43,829 nt of DNA from Gemmatimonadota bacterium (GCA_039591655.1 JBDHDE010000019.1:1-43829); one strand, 5' to 3'; shown: positions 18,949 to 27,790, numbered from the stretch's first letter. The notes: generated from the sequence alone by a model not told the origin. Numbers and translations: made by a program.

Positions 18949-19755
18949 TCAGCGCTTGTGCGCGGTGTGACAGCCCAGGCAGTCGGCCCCGGGAACGTGC
19001 TCGTCGCCAGGCATCGGGGCCGGGGGCGTGCGTGCGGGGTTGCGTCTGGCCTCCTCGAGCGTGCTCGGCGGCGCGAGCGAGAGGTGACACCTACCGCACA
19101 GGCGGCTCGGGTCCTGCTCGGCCAGCAGCACTCCGATGGCGCCCCCGTGAAGCGCGTGGCAGTCGGAGCACGCCTGTTCGGTGTGACCCTCGTACTCATA
19201 CGTGGCGGGGTCGTGACAGACGCTGCAAATCTGCCGTTGCTCGATCGCATCGGGTTTGGTGGAGACGCGATCGTGCGGATCGTGGCATGTCGTACACTCG
19301 ATCACCCCCCGCCTACCGGAGAGAGTGAGGTCCAGCGGCCGCATGCGGCGTGGGTCGGATAGGTCGAGCCTGGGGCTAGCTGAGAAGCGTTCGAGACTGC
19401 CCAGGGGGTGATCATCACCCAACTCCATACCCAGGAAGGTCGGACCCGCCGAGGTCGGCGCGGCTTGCGCGAACTCCCCCTGCCTCATGCGCTCGCCCGG
19501 CGTCAGGTGGCAGCGAAGGCAACTCAGCGAAATGGGACCGGCACCCGGGGCCTGCATCTCGAGCCAGCGCTCCTGTCCGTGGTCAGTACCGGTGATGAGG
19601 CCGGCTGAAGCGGGAGCGCCCTCGTGTGTAGAGTGGCAGAGACCGCAGGATTCCGCCTGTAGCGAAGGGCTGGCGGAGGTCGCCGGGTGTTGGGCTGGTG
19701 CCAACGTCGGCAGCGCAAGCAGACCGACCACTGTGAATGCCGCGAGCTTCTGCAC
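18949..19755 (-). CDS. Periplasmic/secreted multiheme cytochrome c, 7 CxxCH
   Basis: Probable GTG start just after the porin stop, signal peptide (LAPA/Q), 7 CxxCH, SLSCLRCH...DDHP segment. Confidence 0.82.
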   Translation of the reverse strand: MQKLAAFTVVGLLALPTLAPAQHPATSASPSLQAESCGLCHSTHEGAPASAGLITGTDHGQERWLEMQAPGAGPISLSCLRCHLTPGERMRQGEFAQAAPTSAGPTFLGMELGDDHPLGSLERFSASPRLDLSDPRRMRPLDLTLSGRRGVIECTTCHDPHDRVSTKPDAIEQRQICSVCHDPATYEYEGHTEQACSDCHALHGGAIGVLLAEQDPSRLCGRCHLSLAPPSTLEEARRNPARTPPAPMPGDEHVPGADCLGCHTAHKR

Positions 19756-19756
19756 C

Positions 19757-21712
19757 TCAGAATCTCCTGGCGATGTAAACGGCCAGTCGGTCGATTGTCT
19801 GGTTCGTCCCATCGCGCCAGCGGTCGTGGGAGAACTGTACCTGGACCTCGAGCAGTCCGGGCTGCCACGATGCCCCCACGCCTCCGCCCACAAAGGTGCT
19901 CCCCTCGCCACCGACGAATCGGTCCCACAGCGTCATTTGCGCGTGAAGCAACAGGGTGCGATAGGGCATCCAGCGCACGGTTGAGCCCCCCGTCACCGAC
20001 CTGAAGTACCCGTTGGTGCTGTTACCCCAGAACCCGGTACCGCCGATGCCGAGAGTGAGATTGCCGAGCGGTACGATGGTGACGGAGCCCTGAAGCTCGG
20101 TGCCCTGTTGAGCGTAGGCATCCCGGCGGCGGTCGCTCCATCTGAAGCCGAAGTCGAATTGGGCGCGCCACAGCGCGCGGCGGAGTCGGAAGCCGAACAC
20201 GGTCTCGTCCAGATCCTCGAACTGGAACCGGCCGCCAACCGACGGTGAGCGCCCGCCGTCCGATGACCGACTAGCTTGAACCGCCGTCTGGGTCCCATGA
20301 ATGAACAGCTCCAGGCCGCCGACCGCAGCCGTCAAGCTGTAGCTCCCGACCACGTTTGAGGTGCGGGCGTCCGAGAGCACGCGGTGGCGGTAGTCCACGA
20401 GCAGCGTATCGCCCGAGGCGATCCGGCCTGTGGGTATCACGAACACGTCGGTTAGGGGTGGGTCCTCCAGCAGCCGATAGTCGAAGCCGGGCTGGTACAC
20501 CAAGGTCCCGTCGGAGCGCCTGACGCGCACACTGGTGGCGTCGACGTCCGTGTTGAGCAGCGTGAAGCGGCCAGCGGCATCCACTACGTGAGGCTCGTCG
20601 ACGGCGGAGAGCCAGCCGGTATTCGTCGGTGGCTCGAACCGGAAGCGGTTGTACTCCACGGAGGCCGACGCCCGGAGTGTTCCCTCCAGCGGCAGGCGGG
20701 TGTAGTAGCTGAGGCCCTGGAGGAGCTTGGTCCTTCCCGTGAAGCCTCCGGCAAAGTCGCGCGCGTACCAGCTCCCTTGCGATCGGGTCTGGAGGCGACC
20801 TGCCGGGCGAACAGTCACGCCCACCAATGCGAGGCGATCCGTCCCTCGGAGCCCCGCGTCTCGGAAGGGCCGCAATAGGAACTCGTAGTCCGAGAAGACC
20901 GACCATGTGTGTTGCAGCCGCACCTGCTCCTTCCAAGTGAACTGCAGCAGGTTCAGCGTTCCGTCGTAATCCAGGTACTCGATGGCGCTCCGGATGGAGC
21001 TGCCCTTGCCCCACCGGAAGCGGTGCCGCAGGAAGGCCTCGGTCTTGACCAACGTGGTGCCGGTGAGGTGGTCGTCGTTGGCGTTGTGCTCGAAGAAGAG
21101 CCGCGTCTTCGAGTTCTGGGCAGACAGCCGCAAAGCCCGGAATCCGATGTCCTCCCGGGGGTCGAGGGCGTCCCCAGGGTCCACGGGGTTGAGAGAGCCT
21201 ACGCGACGGCTCCCGCGGGCGCGGTAGCGGACGGTCACGGGGAAGTAGCGGTTCTGGTAGGTGAGGCGCGCGTAGGTCTCGGAGATGTCGTATTGGGTCT
21301 CGTCGCCGATGCGGTTGTGTCGGACGTCGCGGTCCCGATGGGTGAATAGCGAGAGTGAGACTGGACGGTTGGGCAGTAGCTCGATGCCGGCGTTCCAGGC
21401 CAGGAGGCTGGCGTTCCTCTCGGGTTCCTCGAGCCGTCCACCCGACACGGTCTGCCGCCACCCGGGTCGTGCACCGAGGGAGAACCGTACGAATCGAGGG
21501 CTGACCACGTCCCCACGCAGCCCCAGGTCTACCCACTCCCAGTACCGCTGCTTGCGCCCGTCCAACCCTGCATCGTAGTCGTGCCACCGGCCGTCGAACC
21601 GGAAGCCGAGCTGCGCGCGGGGCGGCTCGAGACTGACGGGGCTCTGCGCCGACGCGACGCCGGACCCCAAGGCGAGGGCGGCGAGGACGCCGAACAGCGC
21701 CGAGCGTCTCAT
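19757..21712 (-). CDS. Outer-membrane beta-barrel protein between two multiheme cytochromes
   Basis: Signal (VASA/Q), amphipathic beta-strands, C-terminal YIARRF with terminal Phe; ATGA overlap with the upstream gene. Confidence 0.75.
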   Translation of the reverse strand: MRRSALFGVLAALALGSGVASAQSPVSLEPPRAQLGFRFDGRWHDYDAGLDGRKQRYWEWVDLGLRGDVVSPRFVRFSLGARPGWRQTVSGGRLEEPERNASLLAWNAGIELLPNRPVSLSLFTHRDRDVRHNRIGDETQYDISETYARLTYQNRYFPVTVRYRARGSRRVGSLNPVDPGDALDPREDIGFRALRLSAQNSKTRLFFEHNANDDHLTGTTLVKTEAFLRHRFRWGKGSSIRSAIEYLDYDGTLNLLQFTWKEQVRLQHTWSVFSDYEFLLRPFRDAGLRGTDRLALVGVTVRPAGRLQTRSQGSWYARDFAGGFTGRTKLLQGLSYYTRLPLEGTLRASASVEYNRFRFEPPTNTGWLSAVDEPHVVDAAGRFTLLNTDVDATSVRVRRSDGTLVYQPGFDYRLLEDPPLTDVFVIPTGRIASGDTLLVDYRHRVLSDARTSNVVGSYSLTAAVGGLELFIHGTQTAVQASRSSDGGRSPSVGGRFQFEDLDETVFGFRLRRALWRAQFDFGFRWSDRRRDAYAQQGTELQGSVTIVPLGNLTLGIGGTGFWGNSTNGYFRSVTGGSTVRWMPYRTLLLHAQMTLWDRFVGGEGSTFVGGGVGASWQPGLLEVQVQFSHDRWRDGTNQTIDRLAVYIARRF

Positions 21713-22590
21713 GGTCCGGGAGTCCCCGACTCTGCCCGCACGTCGTGGCACCGCTCACAGGCCAGCAGCCCGAAGGCCGTCTGGTCGTTGTGGCACGCCC
21801 CACAGGCCATTCCCCGCTGCATGTCGGCCATTGTCAGGGTGTCGCTCCCAGTACGCATCTCGAAGAGCGCCGGATGGCAGGCCGAGCAGCTGTACCGAAC
21901 ACGATGGACCCAGTGAGGGAACCGAGCCCTGGAGTAGGGAGCGCTGCCGGCCGAGTCGGCACCGGGCTGGTGCAGGATGACGTCGTCTGTGAGGGCCGCC
22001 TGCTTCGGCGTCGAGGGTGCCGGCATCTTGGTGTGGCAGCGTACACAGGTGCTCGCCGGGAAGGCGACGCTCCCGTGACATAGCCCACAGGACTCACCGT
22101 TGTTGATGGCCTGCATCGTGATCTCGGCGTCGCGATACGGAAAGACTGCAGGGTGGCAGCTCTGGCAGTCCAGCCACTCGGTGTGGGCGGAGTGCGGAAA
22201 CAGGGCGTCGAACAGCTCGTTCGGCCCCTTGATGAGAAAGTCGTAGCCGAAGCCGCCGCCGGAGGTCGCGGACGTGCCCGTGACGGACCAACGCGGCTTG
22301 ATGATCCGCTGTCGGAGTGCCGCTACCCAATCCACGTCGCCGGCCAGATCGATTGGCAACAGGCCGAGGGCGCTGTCAGGGTCGAGGGTGCTCTCGATGG
22401 GTGGGCGGATGGTGTCTTGCGCGGCCACGGCCGTGGAGACGGCGGCTGTGGGCTGGCCTGCCTGTGCCGGTTGCCGTGGCTCCTCTGGAAGGTCCAGGAA
22501 CACGGAAGCAGCCGTGCTGCAGCCACCCGCCACGGCGAGGACTATTGTGAGACCGAGGCCCCCGAGTCTGACTCTCGCCCCCTGACCCAA
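21709..22590 (-). CDS. Hexaheme lipoprotein with two c7-type triheme domains
   Basis: Lipobox VAGG/C; FPHSAH...CQSCH...CGLCH...CVRCH and FPHWVH...CSACH...CGACH...CERCH. Start is uncertain: TTG 22590 preferred over ATG 22665. Confidence 0.82.
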   Translation of the reverse strand: MGQGARVRLGGLGLTIVLAVAGGCSTAASVFLDLPEEPRQPAQAGQPTAAVSTAVAAQDTIRPPIESTLDPDSALGLLPIDLAGDVDWVAALRQRIIKPRWSVTGTSATSGGGFGYDFLIKGPNELFDALFPHSAHTEWLDCQSCHPAVFPYRDAEITMQAINNGESCGLCHGSVAFPASTCVRCHTKMPAPSTPKQAALTDDVILHQPGADSAGSAPYSRARFPHWVHRVRYSCSACHPALFEMRTGSDTLTMADMQRGMACGACHNDQTAFGLLACERCHDVRAESGTPGP

Positions 22591-22639
22591 AGTGCTCTCG
22601 CTTTTTCCGACTATTCGAGTCGGAATTCGGTGCTCGACT

Positions 22640-22655
22640 GTTAAGGACCCTTCAA
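22640..22655 (-). promoter_or_regulatory. Putative OmpR-family box
   Basis: Minus strand TTGAAGGGTCCTTAAC, similar to TTGAAGGAACGTTAAT at 822. Confidence 0.4.
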
Positions 22656-22707
22656 ACTCCGGCATTAACCGCCCTGGATACCGATAGTCACGGTGGCGTG
22701 ATCACAG

Positions 22708-22723
22708 TATGACGAGGGTCACA
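22708..22723. promoter_or_regulatory. CRP/FNR-like box in a divergent intergenic region
   Basis: TATGA-CGAGGG-TCACA; TCACAGTA is also repeated at 22702 and 22719. Confidence 0.4.
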
Positions 22724-22855
22724 GTACTCAACACAACGACTCGCCATTGTTATTGCGGGTCGCCTGGGCCCATGGCCTGGGTTGTAGCCCTGTGTAATGG
22801 TCACCGCTTTTCGTGGGGTTGAGTGGTGTCAGTCCATGGACCACAGGAGGGCGGG

Positions 22856-23473
22856 ATGAAGCGAGCAGTATTGGCTATGGTTGTGGCGCTGGCGCTGCCT
22901 GGCGCAGCACTGGCTCAGAGCCTGGCGGACAGTCCCCACGACTTCCGGACTGGTGGGAACAACCCGTCGGATCCCGGCACGGGGATCTACAAGTTCTCCC
23001 CGACGCTGTGCGCTGCCTGCCACGCCCCGCACAACCCGAGCGACGCGGGCAACGGCGCACCGCTGTGGAACCACGCTGTCACCAGTGCGACGTACACTGT
23101 GTACTCCAGTGGGTCGCTCGACGCGACGCCGGAGGGCACGGCAAGCAACATGAACCCGCAGTCGCGGCTGTGCCTGAGCTGTCACGACGGCACGGTGAAC
23201 ATCGACGCCTTCGGTGGCGCGGCGGGTGCCAACGCGATCGACACCGATGGCGACCTCACCACGGATCTGAGCAACGACCACCCCGTTGCCCTTGACTATA
23301 CGACGGCGGGATCGGGGCTCCAGGCGAGTCCGACGCTGCCGCTCACCGGAGGCACCGACGTCGATTGCGCCACCTGCCACAACGTCCACGACTGGACGGG
23401 CGGGGATGCCACGAACAAGCGGTTCCTGCGCATGACAGCGGCCAGTATCTGTCAGGACTGCCACGACAAGTAA
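22856..23473 (+). CDS. OmcE-like tetraheme cytochrome c (candidate cytochrome nanowire subunit)
   Basis: AGGAGG RBS and signal (AALA/Q). Ordered motifs SPHD...CAACHAPHN...PLWN...YSS...SRLCLSCHDG...TDLSNDHPV...LPL...CATCHNVHD...FLR...CQDCHDK follow the same order as in Geobacter OmcE as I recall it. Confidence 0.8.
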   Translation: MKRAVLAMVVALALPGAALAQSLADSPHDFRTGGNNPSDPGTGIYKFSPTLCAACHAPHNPSDAGNGAPLWNHAVTSATYTVYSSGSLDATPEGTASNMNPQSRLCLSCHDGTVNIDAFGGAAGANAIDTDGDLTTDLSNDHPVALDYTTAGSGLQASPTLPLTGGTDVDCATCHNVHDWTGGDATNKRFLRMTAASICQDCHDK

Positions 23474-23519
23474 GGCGATACGCCGGTAGTACCGATTGGG
23501 CTCGTGCAGGCCTACATTG

Positions 23520-23549
23520 CGGAGGGCAGCCGGACGCGGTTGCCCTCCG
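23520..23549 (+). terminator. Intergenic stem-loop (attenuator or mRNA stabiliser)
   Basis: CGGAGGGCA (23520-23528) pairs with TGCCCTCCG (23541-23549); no U-tract. Confidence 0.4.
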
Positions 23550-23571
23550 TCGCGTTCGCGAGGTGAATGCC

Positions 23572-24696
23572 GTGCCAATCCGAACCCCACCGCGCCTGCA
23601 GGTGCGCGCGCTCCTGCGTGCCGCGGCAGTCTTGGCCCTGGCGGCCTGCGGCGGCAAGCAGGCCGAGCCAGTGGCCCCCTCTGTGGTGCGCCTCTTCCCG
23701 CCGCCGCCGGATACCGCACGCATCCAGTTCCTCACGCGCATCTCCACCCGGAGCGACATCGTCGGTGAGCACTCTCCCAATCTGTTCCAGCGGATCGTGG
23801 GTGAGCAGCGGGATGATGTCGAGCGGCTGATCGTCAAGCCCTACGGCATCGCGCTGCACCAGGGCACGATCTACGTATGCGACGGCGTGCTTCCGGGTCT
23901 GGAGGTGATCGATCTCGAGGCGCCGGACTTCCGCTACGTGAAGCCGACGGGTATGGGCCGGCTCCCCAAGCCCATCAACTGCTTCACGGACGGCGAGGGG
24001 AGGCTCTACGTGACGGACGTTGGGCGGGGCGAGGTGGTGGTCTTCGGCGACAGCCTGGCGTACCTAGGTGTTGTGGGTGGAGACAGTCTCCGGCGTCCCG
24101 GCGACGTGTTCGTCTCGGAGGAGCGGATCTGGATCACAGACGTACGGTCTGCTCGCGTGCGGGTTTACGACGGGTCGACTTGGGAGCACCTGTACTCCTT
24201 CCCCAGCGTGGCGCCCACCGATGCCGACGCCCCCGAGCGTCTCATTGCCCCTGCGAACCTGTTCGTGACCGACGACCGCGTGTACGTGAGCGACATGTAC
24301 GCCGCCAAGGTGCAGGTGTACACACACGATGGCGACTATGTCGGGTCCGTCGGGAGCTACGGGCTGCAGTTGGGCCAGTTCTACCGGCCGAAGGGCATTG
24401 CGGTCGACCGGGACGGGATTCTGTACGTGGCAGACGCCGGGTTCGACAACGTACAGATGTTCAACCCCGAGGGCCAGCTCCTCATGGCGTTCGGTGGCCA
24501 CTATGAGCAGCCCGGAGACATGATGCTCCCCGCCAAGGTGGTCCTCGACTACGACAATCTGGAGTACTTCCAGCAGTACGTGGATCCGAGGTTCGATCTG
24601 AAGTACTTGATCCTGGTGACCAACCAGTACGGACCGGACAAGATCAACGTCTACGGGTTCGTGGAGCAGCGGGATCCGGGCCTCAACCCGCGGTGA
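23572..24696 (+). CDS. NHL-repeat beta-propeller lipoprotein
   Basis: Lipobox LAA/C, FPPPPDTARIQFL, repeats KPYGIAL, RPGDVFV, APANLFV, GQFYRPKGIAVD. Start is uncertain: GTG 23563 or 23572. Confidence 0.82.
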   Translation: MPIRTPPRLQVRALLRAAAVLALAACGGKQAEPVAPSVVRLFPPPPDTARIQFLTRISTRSDIVGEHSPNLFQRIVGEQRDDVERLIVKPYGIALHQGTIYVCDGVLPGLEVIDLEAPDFRYVKPTGMGRLPKPINCFTDGEGRLYVTDVGRGEVVVFGDSLAYLGVVGGDSLRRPGDVFVSEERIWITDVRSARVRVYDGSTWEHLYSFPSVAPTDADAPERLIAPANLFVTDDRVYVSDMYAAKVQVYTHDGDYVGSVGSYGLQLGQFYRPKGIAVDRDGILYVADAGFDNVQMFNPEGQLLMAFGGHYEQPGDMMLPAKVVLDYDNLEYFQQYVDPRFDLKYLILVTNQYGPDKINVYGFVEQRDPGLNPR

Positions 24697-24754
24697 GGCC
24701 AACCCAGCGATGGGCCCGGTCACGGTAAGCCTGGGCGCCCGCTCCAGGCGCGAG

Positions 24755-24800
24755 TGTGATCCCCATCACGTCCTTAACAGGCTCCACGTCAGTGCGTCTA
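24755..24800 (+). promoter_or_regulatory. CRP-like box followed by a putative ECF-sigma promoter
   Basis: TGTGA-TCCCCA-TCACG (24755-24770); AAC(24776-24778)-N16-CGTCTA(24795-24800). Confidence 0.4.
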
Positions 24801-24844
24801 CCCCTCCGGACGCGTAACGTATTCACGACTTCTGGGAGGGATCG

Positions 24845-25825
24845 ATGAATCGCTACATCGCGACGGCGGCGACACTTGGGGCCATCGCCCTAGCCGCCTG
24901 CTCCGACAGCACCGCACCGGGAACCGCATCCCTGGAGGACCGGGAGGAGATCCTCCAGCTCCTGGAGGAGTCCGGGTTCTTCGCCGACGAGTTCGGCGTA
25001 GAGGGCGCCATTGGCGGATCGCCCGCTGCCCAGCCCGCCGCCCTGTTCGCATCTCCGGGCGAGGTCCAGGCGGACGTGACAGTCCCCGACCTGTGGGGCC
25101 GTCGGCACCGCCGGCCGGTGCGCCGGGTCATCACGGTGGACGTGGACCTCGAGACGGGCATCGCTACGGTCTCCAAGGAGGTGGAGTTCCTGGGTGAGTT
25201 CATCCTGGACAACACCGACGACGGGCAGTTCAATCCGACGCACAAGCCGATGCGGCACACCCTGCTGCAGTATGCGCAGTTCGAGCGGCTGCCCGACGAC
25301 GGAACCGTAGAGCCGCCTCCCGGCGACGGCCCGGGCGAACCCAACGACGGAGGACCGCAGCGGCACCGGCGGCGCTGGCGCCTCGTGGCGCTCTCGCCTG
25401 CGGAGTGGGTGATGACGGAGCCGACGCCGCAGACCGTCACCATCAACAGAATCCAGGTGGAGGTGGACGGCGAGCTCGCGCTCGAGGTAACCGATCCCAG
25501 CGAGCTGTTCGTGGTGGACGGCCGGGTCCCGGTCCTGCACCCCGGACAGATGGTGACGGTCAAGGCTTGGGTGGAGGGCGGCAATGCCGAAAACAACCCC
25601 CCGCTGTTCGCCTTCCTGCACATGTTCCACGCGAGCCCGGACACCCGGGTGTGGATGCGCCGCCAGATGACCTTCGTGGATGACCACTACGAGTTTGGCT
25701 GGGAGGTGCAGCACACCGGCCGGGAGCGCGTCGCGGTGGACGTGATCGACTCGCAAGCCTTTGCCACGGCATCGGAGGACGACTACCGCGCAAACGTCTG
25801 GGGCATCCCCTACGTCATCGAGTAG
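24845..25825 (+). CDS. Hypothetical lipoprotein
   Basis: GGAGG RBS, lipobox LAA/C-SD, acidic beta-rich body; no family recognised. Confidence 0.75.
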   Translation: MNRYIATAATLGAIALAACSDSTAPGTASLEDREEILQLLEESGFFADEFGVEGAIGGSPAAQPAALFASPGEVQADVTVPDLWGRRHRRPVRRVITVDVDLETGIATVSKEVEFLGEFILDNTDDGQFNPTHKPMRHTLLQYAQFERLPDDGTVEPPPGDGPGEPNDGGPQRHRRRWRLVALSPAEWVMTEPTPQTVTINRIQVEVDGELALEVTDPSELFVVDGRVPVLHPGQMVTVKAWVEGGNAENNPPLFAFLHMFHASPDTRVWMRRQMTFVDDHYEFGWEVQHTGRERVAVDVIDSQAFATASEDDYRANVWGIPYVIE

Positions 25826-26110
25826 GCGGACGCTCCGGCAGCGGCCCCCGAGTGGGGCGGCGCCAACAACTGAAGGATATGATGCGGTGGGTGGTCTGGC
25901 GTGGAGCTTCGGCTCCCGGGCCGGGCCGCCCGCCGCCGAAGCGCCACCGACGCCTAGCGGCCGGCGATCCACTTAGAGCCGGATCTGCCGTTCCCCACTT
26001 CTCCGCCGCTAGGCGTCCATCCGGACGCCGCAGCAGGGATGCCCGGTGGCTGGCAGCGGGAGTGGAACACAAACCATCGGCAGCCTCCCGCCTGCTTGCT
26101 GCCGGGCATC

Positions 26111-27790
26111 CTAGAACTCGAAGCCCTCCATCTTTCTGAGCCCCACCTTGAGCGGCACGATCGTCGCCGCCCCGCAGATCAGGATTACCGCTGCGAACGC
26201 GCCGATCATCATGCGGTCCACCCGCACCGGGAGGGCGAGGTGGGTCGCCCGGAGGTAACCGTACACGGGTACGGCCTCCACCACGATCACCGCCGCCAGC
26301 AGCGCGACGGTGGTCATCATGAACACCAGGCCGCCGAAGGAGGTGGGGATCTGGGCGGCGTTCTCCGTATCGAACTGCGGATAGAGGGTCCCGAAGCCCA
26401 GCGCCAGTGCGCTTATGGCGAGGGTGAGGAGAACGATGGTTCCGGCGCCCACGGCCATCATGAAGGGCGTGGCCTTGAGAATGATGTTGGTGAAGACCGT
26501 GATCAGCAGGGCCAGCGCGAGGAGCGGGATCGTTCCAACCCAGTACTTGGACCAGAGCAGGGCCTTGAGGTCGAGGGGGCTCGACCTGAGGAGCCACATC
26601 TGTCTTCCCTCGAGAGAAATGGCGGGGAAGATGAAGCGCGCGGCAATGGCGGCCAGTACGAAGCCCGCCAGGCCGAGGTTGAGGAACGAAACCACCGTGA
26701 CCAGGAAGAACGGCACCCGCTCTCCGGTGAACAGGGGCAGCGCCCGGATGTTGAACAGGTAGATCACCACCAGCACAGCCAGCAGGATCAGTTGGCTCCA
26801 CTGGGTCGTATCACGGAAGAAGAGCTTGAGGTCCTTGATAACGAACTCGCGCTTGGCCACCGACAGGGGCGTGAACAGTGGATCGAGAACCGTCCGCCAG
26901 ATCCATCCCTTGATGAACCGCTCGGCCCCTTCCTGCGCCTTGGTGAAGCCGGTGGGGTAGAGCCGAATGTGCAGCACGGCGCCCAGCACCACGAACGCTG
27001 CCGCCGTGCTCCACAGCAGGAACAGCGGCAGCGGGTCGAACGGGCCCACCAGGTAGCCCATCACGGCGTCGGTGGCCCACTCACTGGGCAACCACGGTGA
27101 GGTGGGGGACCGCAGCACCGTGATGAAGTCCAGTAGGTTCTGGAAACCCTCGGGTCGCGCTAGCTGCTCCGGGCGGATGATCCGGAAGAGCAGTATTACC
27201 CCTCCCGCCGCACCGATGGCGATGATCGATAGGAGGTCCCGTGTGCGGCGCGCCGGGAAGACGTTGACCAGGATGAGGGTGACGGCGCTCCCTACCACGG
27301 CCGGCAGGACGAGGACCGGGATGAACACCGCAACCGCGTAGGGTCCGAACAGCAAACCGCCGTCGTAGATGACGCCGTAGGCGGAGAAGATCGGGACCGC
27401 CATGAGGGCCACCATCCACGAGCTGTGGATCAGCGTCTCCCCTAGCTTGGCGAGGTAGATGTTCAGCCAGTCCACCGGCGCCGAGACCAGCAGGTCGAGA
27501 TCCTTGGCCAGGAAGAACGACGAGAGCGCCGTGATCACGTTGGAGAGGAGGAGGATCGCGAAGAACGAGAGGAGCGCCAGGCTCAGGAGCTTCCCCGCCA
27601 GCAGGGGCCCGATCTCCTCGACACCGCGGAAGTAGCTGAGTACCCGGTAGAGCACCCCGAAGACCGCCAGCCAGAAGATCAGCCCCACCGTCCCCACGAT
27701 CAGGGCCTTCCCCCCGCCCCCCTGTCCCTGCCGGAATCGGGTGAGTCCGGTGCGCCACTTGGGGCCCAGGAGCCTGGCCAGCGATCGCAT
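26111..27790 (-). CDS. ABC exporter permease (multi-TM, ABC-2-like)
   Basis: Many TM helices, DLDLLVSAPV and SLEGRQMWLLRSSP motifs; start overlaps the ATPase stop. Confidence 0.8.
   Translation of the reverse strand: MRSLARLLGPKWRTGLTRFRQGQGGGGKALIVGTVGLIFWLAVFGVLYRVLSYFRGVEEIGPLLAGKLLSLALLSFFAILLLSNVITALSSFFLAKDLDLLVSAPVDWLNIYLAKLGETLIHSSWMVALMAVPIFSAYGVIYDGGLLFGPYAVAVFIPVLVLPAVVGSAVTLILVNVFPARRTRDLLSIIAIGAAGGVILLFRIIRPEQLARPEGFQNLLDFITVLRSPTSPWLPSEWATDAVMGYLVGPFDPLPLFLLWSTAAAFVVLGAVLHIRLYPTGFTKAQEGAERFIKGWIWRTVLDPLFTPLSVAKREFVIKDLKLFFRDTTQWSQLILLAVLVVIYLFNIRALPLFTGERVPFFLVTVVSFLNLGLAGFVLAAIAARFIFPAISLEGRQMWLLRSSPLDLKALLWSKYWVGTIPLLALALLITVFTNIILKATPFMMAVGAGTIVLLTLAISALALGFGTLYPQFDTENAAQIPTSFGGLVFMMTTVALLAAVIVVEAVPVYGYLRATHLALPVRVDRMMIGAFAAVILICGAATIVPLKVGLRKMEGFEF

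Noticed and set aside
20271..21803. 510-aa alternative-frame ORF and many other Arg/Pro/Gly-rich overlapping ORFs
   Set aside because: These are typical stop-poor shadow frames of high-GC DNA with no recognisable motifs.
25826..26110. 285-bp gap between convergent genes as an ncRNA or small ORF
   Set aside because: There is no convincing RBS/ORF or recognisable RNA structure beyond generic GC pairing.
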